A program made the translations under genes and the position numbers. DNA of 64,000 nt. Origin: Patescibacteria group bacterium. GTDB taxonomy: Bacteria; Patescibacteriota; Patescibacteriia; Magasanikbacterales; UBA922. Where the stretch lies: the NCBI GenBank assembly GCA_028687045.1, contig JAQUAW010000001.1, positions 2,034 to 66,033 of the forward strand. Direction: 5' to 3'. Numbering within the stretch: position 1 is the stretch's first letter; every line of letters begins with the position of its first letter. Below the pieces are notes generated by a model. That model searched no databases, was not told where the DNA came from, and saw nothing but the letters and a program-made list of their open reading frames with translations. Positions 18,769 to 29,283 of the stretch are shown here, one piece after another.

Positions 18769-19230
18769 CTATTTAATATCTACAATCTTATAAACCTGTA
18801 CACCAGATGGTAAAGTCACTTGTATTTCTTCATTTTTTTCTCTTCCTAGAAAAGCAGAACCTAGAGGTGATTCATTGGATATTTTACCAGATACAGGGTC
18901 AGCTTCTTGAGCTCCGACAATAGTATAGTCTTTTTCTTTACCATTTATCTTTACAGTAACAGTAGAACCTATTTGAACAAAGCTACTTTTTCCTTCTGAA
19001 ATTATTTCAGCATTGTCCAATAGATTTTTCAATTCTATTACTCTACTTTTTGCCCAAGACATTTCGTCACGAGCAGCATGATATTCAGCATTTTCTGACA
19101 AATCACCCATTTGTTTAGCTTCATCAATACGTTTGGCAATAGTAGGTGTCTTTTCATTTTCTAATTCGTCCAATTCTGCTTTCAAATTGTCTAATTTTTG
19201 TTGAGTCATATATTGTACATCATCCGTCAT
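18769..19230 (-). CDS. greA: Transcription elongation factor GreA
   Basis: 153 aa. N-terminal coiled coil and a C-terminal FKBP-like domain (GSTVTVKINGKEKDYTIVG). Confidence 0.8.
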   Translation of the reverse strand: MTDDVQYMTQQKLDNLKAELDELENEKTPTIAKRIDEAKQMGDLSENAEYHAARDEMSWAKSRVIELKNLLDNAEIISEGKSSFVQIGSTVTVKINGKEKDYTIVGAQEADPVSGKISNESPLGSAFLGREKNEEIQVTLPSGVQVYKIVDIK

Positions 19231-19336
19231 ATATTTTGTTACTTAAAATGAGTTAAAAAAATAGTACCGCATACGCGGACCTGTCAGCTACTAGTATAAC
19301 AGGTTTTGAATTAAGGTCAAATTTTCTTTCCACAAA

Positions 19337-21358
19337 TTATCTTTTTTTATAATCTGCCCACCATTTATAAAATTCATTAGCTATTGGCTCGGCTGCAATA
19401 CCACCTTCACCACCCTCTTCTACTAGCACGGTAACTACTATTTCAGGATTTTCAAATGGTGCAAAAGAAGTAAACCATGCATGGGTATCTTTATTTTGAC
19501 TCCATTGAGCCGTACCTGTTTTACCAGCTGAACTAAAAGGTAAATTTTTCAAACCAGCACAAGAACCATAAGCCACACAATCTTTCATACCTAAACGAAT
19601 CGTTTCTAAGTTAGCTTTATCAATAAAATTTTCTGATAAAATTTTTGGAGTAATTTCAGTTCTTTCATTTGTTTCTGGATTGATAATTTGTTTTACAAGA
19701 TGAGGTTGATAGACTGTGCCTCCATTGGCAACACTAGCCGTCATATCCGCAATTTGTAAAGGGGTAGTCAAAAAGTCACCTTGTCCAATAGAATAATTGT
19801 AAGTGTCACCAATATACCAAGGTTCTTTTTTTGTACGTTGTTTCCATTGTGGTGTTGGCAAAAACCCACTTGATTCAGCTGGTAAATCAATACCAAGTAC
19901 TTTACCAAAACCAAATTTTTTCAGATATTCATTTATCGTGTCTACTCCCATACCTGCAAAATCACCATAACCACCGCCAATATAATAATAAAATGTATTA
20001 ACCGAAAGAGCTAGTGATTTACGAACATTAGTCAAACCGTGTCCTCCAACTTGCCAATCTGGAAAAAACCATTGTTGTACTCTAAGTCCTCCCGTACTCA
20101 AAAAAGTAGTATTAGCTGTAATAATATTTTCTTGTAAAGCTGCTGATGAGATGGCAGGTTTGATAACTGAACCAGAAGGAAAACTACCACTTATAGCTCT
20201 ATTGAAAAGAGGTCTGTTTTCATTATTCAAATATTCACTATATTTTGTTTGGCTAATTCCTCCAGAAAAATCATTATTGTCAAAACCAGGATAACTTACC
20301 AAAGCAAGGATTTCACCGTTACGAGGATCCATGACAACTGCCGAGGCTCTTTCTTTTTTTAATTCTTGAAGTTTTTTAGAAATTATTTCTTCTAGTTGTA
20401 TTTGCATATTATTGTCTATAGACAATATCAAATTAGAACCAGAAGTTGGGTCTTTTTCTGCCAAAACTTGTTGTTCTCTACCTTGAGCATTTACTTCTAT
20501 TCTTTTTTCACCATAAATGCCTCTTAGATAATTTTCATATTTTTTTTCTACTCCAGTTTTACCTATAGAATCAGAAGGTAGATAACCTTTTCGATAATAA
20601 GTTTCCAATTCTGTAGGAGATAATTTACCCACATAACCTAAAATATGTGCCAAGGTATTGTTAGTATAATTTTGTTCATCTTCTGGATGTAAAAAATCTA
20701 CAGTACTAGTTGAAATATTAATATTTTTGCTAGAATCCAAAATATATAATCTCTTACTACCAAATTGAATATTGATACCAGGTAAATCCAAACTAGCAAT
20801 TTGAATTTTTAAAGTAGTTTCATAAGGTATATCTTCGGCAATAATAATTGAATCTTGACGATAATTTTTATATTTTTCAATAGTATTTTGTACGTCTTGT
20901 TTATCTTGACCCGTTATACTAATTAATTTTTCAATTACGTTATTTAATTCTTTTTTATCCTTTGGTAAATCTTTTGGAACAACAGTGAGTGAAAAATTTG
21001 CTACATTTTGTGTAAGTTGAAAATTGTTTCTATCGAAAACGAGTCCCCTTTCAGATTGTATAGGTATGACTTTTTGTCTATTTCCTTCAGCTTGTGCGCG
21101 ATAATTATTTCCCATCAAAATTTGTAAAAAAAATCCTCTACCAAGAATAAAAGAAAAACAAAAAACTATAAATAATAAGAAAAAGAAAGTTTTTTTGCTA
21201 TCTGAAAAACTGGAGCCGAGGTGTGAACTGCCAGAAGTAGTAATATCTTCACTATGGTTATTACCCATAAACAAACTATCTTCTGTCCAAGATAATTTAT
21301 ATTTACCTTTTAGTGAGATATCCTTTTTAGGATTTATTAAGTATGGATCTATTTCCAT
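19337..21358 (-). CDS. mrdA: Penicillin-binding protein 2 (peptidoglycan D,D-transpeptidase)
   Basis: 673 aa with an N-terminal TM, a dimerisation domain and a transpeptidase domain. Lies directly upstream of mreD/mreC/mreB. Confidence 0.8.
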   Translation of the reverse strand: MEIDPYLINPKKDISLKGKYKLSWTEDSLFMGNNHSEDITTSGSSHLGSSFSDSKKTFFFLLFIVFCFSFILGRGFFLQILMGNNYRAQAEGNRQKVIPIQSERGLVFDRNNFQLTQNVANFSLTVVPKDLPKDKKELNNVIEKLISITGQDKQDVQNTIEKYKNYRQDSIIIAEDIPYETTLKIQIASLDLPGINIQFGSKRLYILDSSKNINISTSTVDFLHPEDEQNYTNNTLAHILGYVGKLSPTELETYYRKGYLPSDSIGKTGVEKKYENYLRGIYGEKRIEVNAQGREQQVLAEKDPTSGSNLILSIDNNMQIQLEEIISKKLQELKKERASAVVMDPRNGEILALVSYPGFDNNDFSGGISQTKYSEYLNNENRPLFNRAISGSFPSGSVIKPAISSAALQENIITANTTFLSTGGLRVQQWFFPDWQVGGHGLTNVRKSLALSVNTFYYYIGGGYGDFAGMGVDTINEYLKKFGFGKVLGIDLPAESSGFLPTPQWKQRTKKEPWYIGDTYNYSIGQGDFLTTPLQIADMTASVANGGTVYQPHLVKQIINPETNERTEITPKILSENFIDKANLETIRLGMKDCVAYGSCAGLKNLPFSSAGKTGTAQWSQNKDTHAWFTSFAPFENPEIVVTVLVEEGGEGGIAAEPIANEFYKWWADYKKR

Positions 21359-21359
21359 G

Positions 21360-21863
21360 TTATTTTATTAATCTAAATTTTGTAAAAGTCTTTTCTAAAA
21401 TAAAATATAATAAAAAAGATAAACTAGTTGTAAGTAGTATTTCCCAACCATAATATACAAACAAAGTTGCTTTTATTTTTGTATTAGAAAATATAATCAA
21501 AATTGTATAAAAAATTCTAAAAATAACAACTTCTAATAATGTCATTGTGGCCAAAGCCCAAATAGATTTATTAGCAAAAAATTCATAATACAACCAATAT
21601 ACCAACAAAAAACTAATAGTCAAAGATATAGTGAAAACTCCAAAAGATAATTCACTATACAAATCCATCAAAATTCCTGCCAGAAAAGCCAACCAAACAA
21701 CACTCCCTGTACCATAAAAACTCAACATTATTATCAAAAAAATAATAACTAAATTGATGTTTTCAAAAGGATATGGTAATAAATAAGAAAAATACAAATT
21801 TAATACAAAAACAGTAACTATCAAAAAAATATAAAAAAGTGTCTTCAATACAGACTTAATCAT
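21360..21863 (-). CDS. mreD: Rod shape-determining protein MreD-like polytopic membrane protein
   Basis: Sits between mreC and mrdA; 167 aa and entirely hydrophobic. Confidence 0.5.
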   Translation of the reverse strand: MIKSVLKTLFYIFLIVTVFVLNLYFSYLLPYPFENINLVIIFLIIMLSFYGTGSVVWLAFLAGILMDLYSELSFGVFTISLTISFLLVYWLYYEFFANKSIWALATMTLLEVVIFRIFYTILIIFSNTKIKATLFVYYGWEILLTTSLSFLLYFILEKTFTKFRLIK

Positions 21864-21880
21864 AACAATAAAAAATTATT

Positions 21881-22675
21881 TTAAGATTTTTTTGGAATAA
21901 TAACTGCTACCAAATTTATATAACCCAAATCAGCAGCCGGTGTAATAACAGCTTGTTGAAAAGGTTCGTGTGGTTGCTTATCAACTACCTCAATATTACC
22001 AATTATCAATCCTCTAGGTATACCAACAGTAAGACCTGAAGAAATAATAGTATCTCCAGGTGCGACTATTTCATTTTGTGGAATATAATTCATTCTAACT
22101 CCTAAGCCATAACCACCTTCTACCAAACCAATACTTCTTTCTCCATTCATAATAGTAGCACCTATAGCACTACTGTTGTCATTGATAAGTCTAACCACAG
22201 ATCTATCATCTTCTACTTTTGTTATTCTCCCAATAAGAATTCCACCACCCACAACGACAGGATTATCCAAACTAATACCATTTTTAGAACCCTTATCGAT
22301 CATAAGAGTAGTCCCTAATGGATTGATGGTTCTACTCAAAACTATTGCTCCTATATGTTCATAATCATTTTCTAGAAAAAAATTTAATTCTTTTTTCAAT
22401 TCATCATTTTCTTCGTTTAACAATTTTATATTTGTTAAAGCTACTTGATTTTGTTGTCTGAGTTGTTCCAAAGTATTTTTATCTTCTTCGGTTAATACCT
22501 GCTTGGATTTTTTAAAATAAGTTTTTACATTATTTACAGGTTTCAAACTCCAATCAATAACAGCTATAAATGGTTTTTCAATAAAATTTAACAAATGGAA
22601 ATGATTAAAAAATATAACAAAAATAATCACAAAAAAAATAGTAAAAAATGTTTTTGTTTTACTTTTGTTAACCAT
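21881..22675 (-). CDS. mreC: Rod shape-determining protein MreC
   Basis: N-terminal TM, coiled coil, and a C-terminal beta domain (VVVGGGILIGRITKV). Confidence 0.7.
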   Translation of the reverse strand: MVNKSKTKTFFTIFFVIIFVIFFNHFHLLNFIEKPFIAVIDWSLKPVNNVKTYFKKSKQVLTEEDKNTLEQLRQQNQVALTNIKLLNEENDELKKELNFFLENDYEHIGAIVLSRTINPLGTTLMIDKGSKNGISLDNPVVVGGGILIGRITKVEDDRSVVRLINDNSSAIGATIMNGERSIGLVEGGYGLGVRMNYIPQNEIVAPGDTIISSGLTVGIPRGLIIGNIEVVDKQPHEPFQQAVITPAADLGYINLVAVIIPKKS

Positions 22676-22687
22676 ATAGTATCTTAT

Positions 22688-23734
22688 TTATCTCTTTTGT
22701 TTAGATGAAGGTAATGCTATGTTTTTCAAAAGTTCATCTTCTTCCAACAAAATACCAGCTCCTCTCACAGTAGTTGTAAGTGGATCGTCGGCTATTCTTA
22801 CAGAAATTTCAGTAGCACGAGAAATTATTTTATCAATACCTCTAAGCATAGCTCCTCCACCAACTAATAATAAACCTCGTTCATGAATATCAGCTATTAA
22901 TTCTGGTGGTGTAGTTTCCAAAGTCATTTTGATATGGTCTACAATAGTTTTGATACTACGAGCCAATGCTTCACGAATTTGAGCATCGTTTACCAAGACT
23001 TCTTTTGGTAGACCAGTCACGACGTCTCTTCCTTTCATATTAAATTCTAGTAATTCACCAGAAGGCAAAGCTGAACCAACTTTGATTTTTATTTGTTCAG
23101 CATGACTTTCACCAACCAATAAATTGAAAACTTCTCTAGCATATTGTGTAATATTTCTGTTCATTTCGTCACCAGCAATTTGAGTAGATTTCCAGGTAAC
23201 CACACCATTCAAAGACAGAACTGCTATTTCGGTATTGCCAGCACCAATATCAACTACCATACTACCAACAGCTTCTTGAATTGGTAAACGAGCTCCAATA
23301 GCGGCTGCCATAGGACCTTGCACAACAATAACTTCACGTGCTCCTGCAGACGTCACAGCATCTTCTACCGCTTTTATTTCTACTTCAGTGACATCTAACG
23401 GAACAGCAATAATAACGCGTGGTCTATTTGTAAATGAAAAACCGTCTTTTTGAACTTTATCAATAAAATATTTAAGCATTTTTTCGGTCACTTCGTAATC
23501 AGATATTACACCTGCTGTAAGTGGTTTGGTAACTTGAATATGAGATGGAGTTTTTCCAAGCATTTGTTTGGCTTCTTGTCCTACTGCCAAAATTTGCTCG
23601 GTTTTGATGTTTATAGCGACAACAGATGGTTCATCTATCACAATACCTTTTTCAGAAGTATAAACCAAAGTATTGGCTGTACCTAAGTCAATGGCGATAT
23701 CTTTTCCTATTTTTTTAAACAATTTTTCAAACAT
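22688..23734 (-). CDS. mreB: Rod shape-determining protein MreB (actin homolog)
   Basis: DLGTANTLVY and VVDIGAGNTEIAV motifs. Confidence 0.9.
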   Translation of the reverse strand: MFEKLFKKIGKDIAIDLGTANTLVYTSEKGIVIDEPSVVAINIKTEQILAVGQEAKQMLGKTPSHIQVTKPLTAGVISDYEVTEKMLKYFIDKVQKDGFSFTNRPRVIIAVPLDVTEVEIKAVEDAVTSAGAREVIVVQGPMAAAIGARLPIQEAVGSMVVDIGAGNTEIAVLSLNGVVTWKSTQIAGDEMNRNITQYAREVFNLLVGESHAEQIKIKVGSALPSGELLEFNMKGRDVVTGLPKEVLVNDAQIREALARSIKTIVDHIKMTLETTPPELIADIHERGLLLVGGGAMLRGIDKIISRATEISVRIADDPLTTTVRGAGILLEEDELLKNIALPSSKQKR

Positions 23735-23832
23735 ATTTTCATTAAAACACTAGAACATAAAAACATTAAAACAATTTTTTCAAATAAATTATTATTTCAA
23801 TGTATTCATTTATATCTACTAAATAATTTTTA

Positions 23833-25086
23833 CTATTTTAATAATTCATCAATTGCAATAATTTTAGCTTCACTTTCATTACGTTTTTTAATTTCAACAG
23901 AATCTTGTGCCAAAGTCTTTGGACTTATGATGACACGAAGAGGAATACCAATTAAATCACTATCGGCAAACTTCTCCCCTGCTCGCACACCAATTCTATC
24001 ATCATACAAAACTTCTTTGCCTTGTTTTGTCAAAGTTTCATATAGTTCATCAGCTTTCTTCACATCAGCTTCTTCGCTACAAAGTGAAACAAGATGAATT
24101 TGGAATGGTGCGACGCTCTCTGGCCAAACAAGACCTTTTTCATCAGCAAAGCGCTCAACAATCACTCCCATCAAACGAGTAACACCAATTCCATAAGATC
24201 CTAGATGTACATATTTTTTTTCACCATTTTCGTCTGTAATATAAAGATTCATTTGTTCAGATTTTTTGGTACCAAAATTAAAAATATTTCCCACTTCAGC
24301 TGTTTTGACTTCTTCTAATTCATCACGAGTTACACCCAAATCTTGCAAAACTTTGTCACTCAAAACTTCATTATTGATAGCTATCTTTTTATCACGATTG
24401 ATATAGATAACATCTTCGCCAGCATCGGTAATTGTTTGAAATTCGTGAGAGAACTGTGTGAAGGCTCCACCAGAAGCAAAAGTAACAAAAGTATCGTCAC
24501 CTAGTCCAACACGTTCAAATACGCGCATATAAGCATCTATCACACCTTGATAAAATTTTTCATGTTGTTCTGCATCTAAGCTGTATGAATATAAATCTTT
24601 CATGACAAATTCACGACCACGCAAAATACCTGATTTTGCTCTTAGTTCATTACGCATTTTTGTTTGAAATTGATAAACATAAGCAGGTAAATCTTTGTAA
24701 CTAGAAATGTAATTTTTCATCATTTCACTAATAGGTTCTTCGTGTGACCAACCAAAACCGACTTCTGTGCCATTTTTTAATTTAGATTTGAACCAGACAT
24801 CCACATTTTCATCACTCCAGCGATCGGTATTTTCCCAAAGTTCTTTTCTTTGAAGACTAGTCATGATGAGTTCTTGTCCTCCAACAGCATTCATTTCTTC
24901 ACGAATAATTTGTTTTATTTTTTCAAGTACACAAATACCTAATGGTAGATAAGCATAAGCACCGGCCATTTCTTTGTAAATATATCCTGCGCGTGTCAGA
25001 AATTCTGCATTTTTTGACACTTCATCAGCAGGCGCTTCTTTGCGAGTTTTGGTAAATAATTGTGATTGTTTCATATGTTTTATCAT
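23833..25086 (-). CDS. proS: Prolyl-tRNA synthetase (short, archaeal/eukaryal-like form)
   Basis: 417 aa with class II motifs. Lacks the long bacterial insertion domain. Confidence 0.8.
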   Translation of the reverse strand: MIKHMKQSQLFTKTRKEAPADEVSKNAEFLTRAGYIYKEMAGAYAYLPLGICVLEKIKQIIREEMNAVGGQELIMTSLQRKELWENTDRWSDENVDVWFKSKLKNGTEVGFGWSHEEPISEMMKNYISSYKDLPAYVYQFQTKMRNELRAKSGILRGREFVMKDLYSYSLDAEQHEKFYQGVIDAYMRVFERVGLGDDTFVTFASGGAFTQFSHEFQTITDAGEDVIYINRDKKIAINNEVLSDKVLQDLGVTRDELEEVKTAEVGNIFNFGTKKSEQMNLYITDENGEKKYVHLGSYGIGVTRLMGVIVERFADEKGLVWPESVAPFQIHLVSLCSEEADVKKADELYETLTKQGKEVLYDDRIGVRAGEKFADSDLIGIPLRVIISPKTLAQDSVEIKKRNESEAKIIAIDELLK

Positions 25087-25087
25087 A

Positions 25088-25116
25088 TTGAGCGAAGCGA
25101 AATATCTTTCTTAAGG
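25088..25116 (+). repeat. X'-type repeat at the proS start
   Basis: TTGAGCGAAGCGAAATATCTTTCTTAAGG. Confidence 0.6.
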
Positions 25117-25227
25117 AATACTTCTATAACGCTTCAAATTAATTTTTATTAAATAACTATTTTAAATAACTTTTCTGAGAAGAAATAAATATTTTGTAAG
25201 AAAATTTTTCTTATTATAATATATTTA

Positions 25228-25253
25228 GGAAAGATTCTTCGCTCCGCTCAGAA
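25228..25253 (-). repeat. X'-type repeat, the inverted partner of 25088..25116 (about 110-bp spacer)
   Basis: GGAAAGATTCTTCGCTCCGCTCAGAA, the reverse complement of TTCTGAGCGGAGCGAAGAATCTTTCC. Confidence 0.6.
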
Positions 25254-25640
25254 TTAATTTGCCTTATGCTTGACTGAAATATTGAACGAAATAATCAAGA
25301 CAAACATAATCAAGAGTAAACTTCCAGTAACCATATTTAAATAATTTTGACCTTGTAAAAACAAAGCTAAAATCATAAATAATGACAAAAATAATGATTG
25401 ACGAAAGCTTATTTGGACATAGCGGAATAGCGGCAAATCTTTGGCTCCGAAAAATCTATAAAAGAAAAAGAATATAATTGACAAAGTCCCAAGTACTGAC
25501 AAAAAAAGGCTTCCATAAAAGAAAAGAAAGCCTGATAAAGGTGATGAAGTAGGATCAACATTTAAAATAACAAAAAACCAAGATACCCAACATAGTATCG
25601 TGGCAAAGAGCATTGTAGCAATATATTGACGTAAATTCAT
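25254..25640 (-). CDS. Small polytopic membrane protein of unknown function
   Basis: 128 aa with about 4 TM helices. Confidence 0.4.
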   Translation of the reverse strand: MNLRQYIATMLFATILCWVSWFFVILNVDPTSSPLSGFLFFYGSLFLSVLGTLSIIFFFFYRFFGAKDLPLFRYVQISFRQSLFLSLFMILALFLQGQNYLNMVTGSLLLIMFVLIISFNISVKHKAN

Positions 25641-25726
25641 AATAAGACAAAAATATAGCTATATTTAGCTATATCTTATATTACACTTTTTTTGTGGCTT
25701 TGGCAAGGGTAGTTTTTAGGCTATTT

Positions 25727-26026
25727 TTAAGCCAAATACCTAATCCTATCCACTTCATTTCTACCCAATTTTTCATTCAATTTATCCACTATTTGCGTTT
25801 GATTTAGCCTTATTTCCTGTGCCATAGCTGAACTACTACAACTTATAGTCAAAGTTCTGTTTTTGAGAAAAAGTGGAAGGGCTGTTTTTGCTAAATCTTC
25901 ACCAAATATCTCAGACAACACAACTTTGGCTTCTTCAACTACTTGAGAATCATCGAGTTGTTTTTTGAGTGGGCCTTTTTGAGTGAACCTGCTGTTTAGT
26001 GTGTCTCCGAGGGAGGAAAAGGGCAT
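25727..26026 (-). CDS. DUF721/DciA-like protein
   Basis: C-terminal pattern LKNRTLTISCSSSAMAQEIRLNQTQIVDKLNEKLG..V.RIRY matches the DUF721 consensus (GVLxVxVxSSAWAxEL…LN…G). Confidence 0.5.
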   Translation of the reverse strand: MPFSSLGDTLNSRFTQKGPLKKQLDDSQVVEEAKVVLSEIFGEDLAKTALPLFLKNRTLTISCSSSAMAQEIRLNQTQIVDKLNEKLGRNEVDRIRYLA

Positions 26027-26043
26027 AAATTCTTTGTATAAAT

Positions 26044-26150
26044 AAATGGAGATAAACTTGAGATAAATAGAGATGATACAATAATTTTTCGGTTAAAACT
26101 CATCTCAAGTGTATCTCTATCTTATCTCTTCGTCTTTTATCTTATCACAC
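26044..26150. repeat. GAGATAA/TTATCTC motif cluster upstream of the DciA-like gene
   Basis: GGAGATAAACTTGAGATAAATAGAGATGATAC … ATCTCAAGTGTATCTCTATCTTATCTCTTCG. Homologous to 43707..43778 but with the two arms in swapped order. Confidence 0.55.
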
Positions 26151-26194
26151 ATCATTTCAAAATCCAAATTATTCTTAATAAACAAAGCCCAACA

Positions 26195-29134
26195 TCAAAG
26201 CTGTCTAAACTCACATATCTCCTTAAAATCACAATACTGACAAACATGTTTATTTGGGGTGGCTTTGAAATCCCCTTTTTGGATTCGTTCCATCGCGTCA
26301 AACAGCTTAGCTTCTAACTTTTCTTTGTCTTTGTCTGTACCTACAAAAGACATTTTCTTGTTTTCATTTAAATAAAAGAAAGTTAATTTGTCTATCTTTC
26401 CTAAATTTTGGTATTGTGGCAAAGTTTCCACAGCAATTTGATAAATAAGCAATTGTTGTTTGTCGTCAATTGTTAGTTTATCTTTTGGTGTACCAGTCTT
26501 ATAATCTATAATCTCCAATTTATTATCTTCCACAGCATCAATTCTATCTATTCTACCTTTGACAAAGTATTCCCCTATTTTGATTTTAAATCCGCCTTCA
26601 ATTGTCACTGGGATTGTCCAATTATTTTCTTGTGATTTGTAAAATTCTTTGAGTAATTCTTCACCTTTGGCAAAATATTCTTCTCTTTGGTTTTTACTCT
26701 TGTACCAATCAGGGATCCATTTTCTTTTGTAAATTGCGAGTAATTCTTCTTCATTTGGAATTTTTATTTTGCCCGTACTTTTGTTTTCGGTAACAGTCTC
26801 AAACAAAGATACTTGCTTAGCACTATTCATATCTTGTACTTTTTCATAAAATTCTTGCAAAGTCCCGTGAATAGTATTACCAAAACTAAAATGTGGACTA
26901 CCTTTACTTGGCAAATTCAAAACGTAAGCCAACTTGTAATTGTAAGGGCACTTTTGGTAAGTACTAATACGAGAATAAGAAAATATTTTTGGTGGAATGT
27001 ATTCTATTTCTTCCTCATCATTTTCTATTTGCGTATTTAGTTTTTTTATTTCTTGCATCAGAGTTTGTTCTTTTTCAACAAGTTTTTTTTCTTTATTATC
27101 GAAATCAAGCTCAGCCAAAAAGCGACTTATTTTCTTGGCTCTAGTTCCACCATAACTACTCGCACTTGTCAAAAATAATCTTTGTTTGGCACGAGTCACT
27201 GCCACATAGAAAAGACGACGCTCTTCCTGATAATGCAAATCATTGTTTTCCAAAAACTTTTCTCTAATAAGTTCATCTGGCAAAGCTATTCCTTCACTCT
27301 TGCGTCTAGTTGGAAATCTTTCTTCTACCAAATTTACAATGAAAACATTTTTGTATTCTAGACCTTTTGAACCATGAATAGTGATGATATTGACTGAGTC
27401 TGGTGTATCTTTGATTTGATTTATTTTGCCACCGTCCCCTGATTCGATGATGAATTCATAATTCTCGACAAAACCAGCCACATGGGCTCCAGGTACATTT
27501 TCTTCGTAAGTCCGAATAAGATCAAAAAATTGTTTCAAATGATAAATTTGTCTGATAACGTCTTTGTTTCCTTTATTTTCTTCAATAGTCAAATATGACA
27601 AATAACCAATGCTTTCCATAAATTGATAAAGCAAACTGGTTGGCTTTTCAAATTTACTTTGCTTGATTCCTTCGTGACAGGCGTTTAATAATTTGTTAGC
27701 CATTTCTATCGCGTGAGTAGACAAAAATAATTCTTGAGCTCGCTTGAGTGTTTCATAATAAGACATACTTTTTCTCTTGGCTGTACTTGTCACTTTTTGC
27801 AAATCGTTTTGACTAAATTCCAAAAACGGCATTTTTAGCAAACGAAAAAATGCTTTGTCATCATAAATATTAGTCAGAAGTGTGAGGAAATTGAAAGCAT
27901 CAATCACAATATCTTGACGATAAAGCCCTGCTGAAGCAAGATACTCAAAAGGAATGCCAAAGCTCTCCAAAGCGTTGCTAAATGGCTCTACGTGAGAATT
28001 GGCACGAACAAGAATTGCGAAATCATCCCAATTACTATCTTTATCATTTTCTTTTATTTCCACTATTTTGTTTATCACTCCTACTACTTCTTCATCAAGT
28101 GTTTCATAGTGTAAATGTTCTATTTGAGTGTGCAAATCTTTGAGACCACTTTCCAATCTTTTACTAATTTGTAATTTTTCTTCTAGACGATGTGGATTAT
28201 TATTTTTGATAGAGTTGTAAGCCAAATCCAAGATTTCTTGACCAGAACGATAATTGTCTGTCAGAACAATATTTTTGGCATTAGGATAATCTGTTTTGAA
28301 ATTCATGATGATAGCAACATTGGAACCACGAAAAGAATAGATAGCTTGGTCATCATCCCCTACTACTGTCAGTTTATTATTTTCGCCTGCTAACAATTTT
28401 ACCAATTGATATTGCGCCCAATTGACATCTTGAAATTCATCTACCATTATATATTTAAATCTTTTTTGTAATTTTTTGAGTACGTTTGGTCTGTCTTGCA
28501 AAAGTTTGACTGCATAAAAAATAATATCACCAAAATCCATTGACTCATTATCCAACAATAATTTTTGATATTTATTATAGGCATCAGCCAACTCAATCAA
28601 TCTATTTTTTTCTTGTTTTTCAGCTTCGTCTTTGTCCAAAATCAAAGACTTTACATAATCCAAATAAGCTTGAGGTGTTATCATTTCATCTTTGGCTTTG
28701 GAAAAGTGTGTAAGAAGTTCATGAATATAACGATTTGGACTACCCATTGGTCGATAATAATCAAAATTAAAATCATAAATATGTTCTCGCAAAAGCAACC
28801 AAGCGTCGGTCTCATTTAATAATTTGAAATGATTTGGTAGACCAATTTCAAGACCATATTCTTCCAAAACTTTTTGACAAAAACTATGAAATGTAGAAAT
28901 TTGCATTTCAGTATAATTGGCTTCAATCAGGTCGTCTACTCTATCTTGCATTTCTTGTGCTGCTTTGTCAGTAAAAGTCAAAGCCAAAATTTCTTCGGGC
29001 AAAGCCAATTTTTGCTCGACAATGTGAGCAATTTTTTTGGTAATGACGGTAGTTTTGCCAGTACCAGCACCAGCAATAATCAACAAATTACCATCGTTGT
29101 ATTCTATGGCTTCTTTTTGGTTTTTATTTAACAT
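26195..29134 (-). CDS. UvrD/PcrA-type superfamily-1 helicase fused to a C-terminal PD-(D/E)XK nuclease with a Cys cluster (AddA/RecB-like)
   Basis: N-terminal GAGTGKTT Walker A. C-terminal RIDRIDAV..IIDYKTG plus CQYCDFKEIC. Confidence 0.75.
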   Translation of the reverse strand: MLNKNQKEAIEYNDGNLLIIAGAGTGKTTVITKKIAHIVEQKLALPEEILALTFTDKAAQEMQDRVDDLIEANYTEMQISTFHSFCQKVLEEYGLEIGLPNHFKLLNETDAWLLLREHIYDFNFDYYRPMGSPNRYIHELLTHFSKAKDEMITPQAYLDYVKSLILDKDEAEKQEKNRLIELADAYNKYQKLLLDNESMDFGDIIFYAVKLLQDRPNVLKKLQKRFKYIMVDEFQDVNWAQYQLVKLLAGENNKLTVVGDDDQAIYSFRGSNVAIIMNFKTDYPNAKNIVLTDNYRSGQEILDLAYNSIKNNNPHRLEEKLQISKRLESGLKDLHTQIEHLHYETLDEEVVGVINKIVEIKENDKDSNWDDFAILVRANSHVEPFSNALESFGIPFEYLASAGLYRQDIVIDAFNFLTLLTNIYDDKAFFRLLKMPFLEFSQNDLQKVTSTAKRKSMSYYETLKRAQELFLSTHAIEMANKLLNACHEGIKQSKFEKPTSLLYQFMESIGYLSYLTIEENKGNKDVIRQIYHLKQFFDLIRTYEENVPGAHVAGFVENYEFIIESGDGGKINQIKDTPDSVNIITIHGSKGLEYKNVFIVNLVEERFPTRRKSEGIALPDELIREKFLENNDLHYQEERRLFYVAVTRAKQRLFLTSASSYGGTRAKKISRFLAELDFDNKEKKLVEKEQTLMQEIKKLNTQIENDEEEIEYIPPKIFSYSRISTYQKCPYNYKLAYVLNLPSKGSPHFSFGNTIHGTLQEFYEKVQDMNSAKQVSLFETVTENKSTGKIKIPNEEELLAIYKRKWIPDWYKSKNQREEYFAKGEELLKEFYKSQENNWTIPVTIEGGFKIKIGEYFVKGRIDRIDAVEDNKLEIIDYKTGTPKDKLTIDDKQQLLIYQIAVETLPQYQNLGKIDKLTFFYLNENKKMSFVGTDKDKEKLEAKLFDAMERIQKGDFKATPNKHVCQYCDFKEICEFRQL

Positions 29135-29164
29135 ACTGAGCGGAGCGAAGTATCTTTCCTAAGG
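29135..29164 (+). repeat. X'-type repeat at the helicase-nuclease start
   Basis: ACTGAGCGGAGCGAAGTATCTTTCCTAAGG. Confidence 0.6.
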
Positions 29165-29283
29165 AAAATATCAATAATAAAAAAAAACTTCATCTATATT
29201 AAAATTGTTTAAGCTAGTATTATTCTACTACAATTCTTCAAAAAAACAAAATCTCCCCAACTAAGAGAGATTCTATTCCGCGT

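Noticed and set aside
26027-26194. A chromosomal origin (DnaA-box cluster) next to the DciA-like gene
   Set aside because: No TTATCCACA or TGTGGATAA boxes are present. The repeated motif is GAGATAA/TTATCTC, and the same cluster also occurs inside the atp operon.
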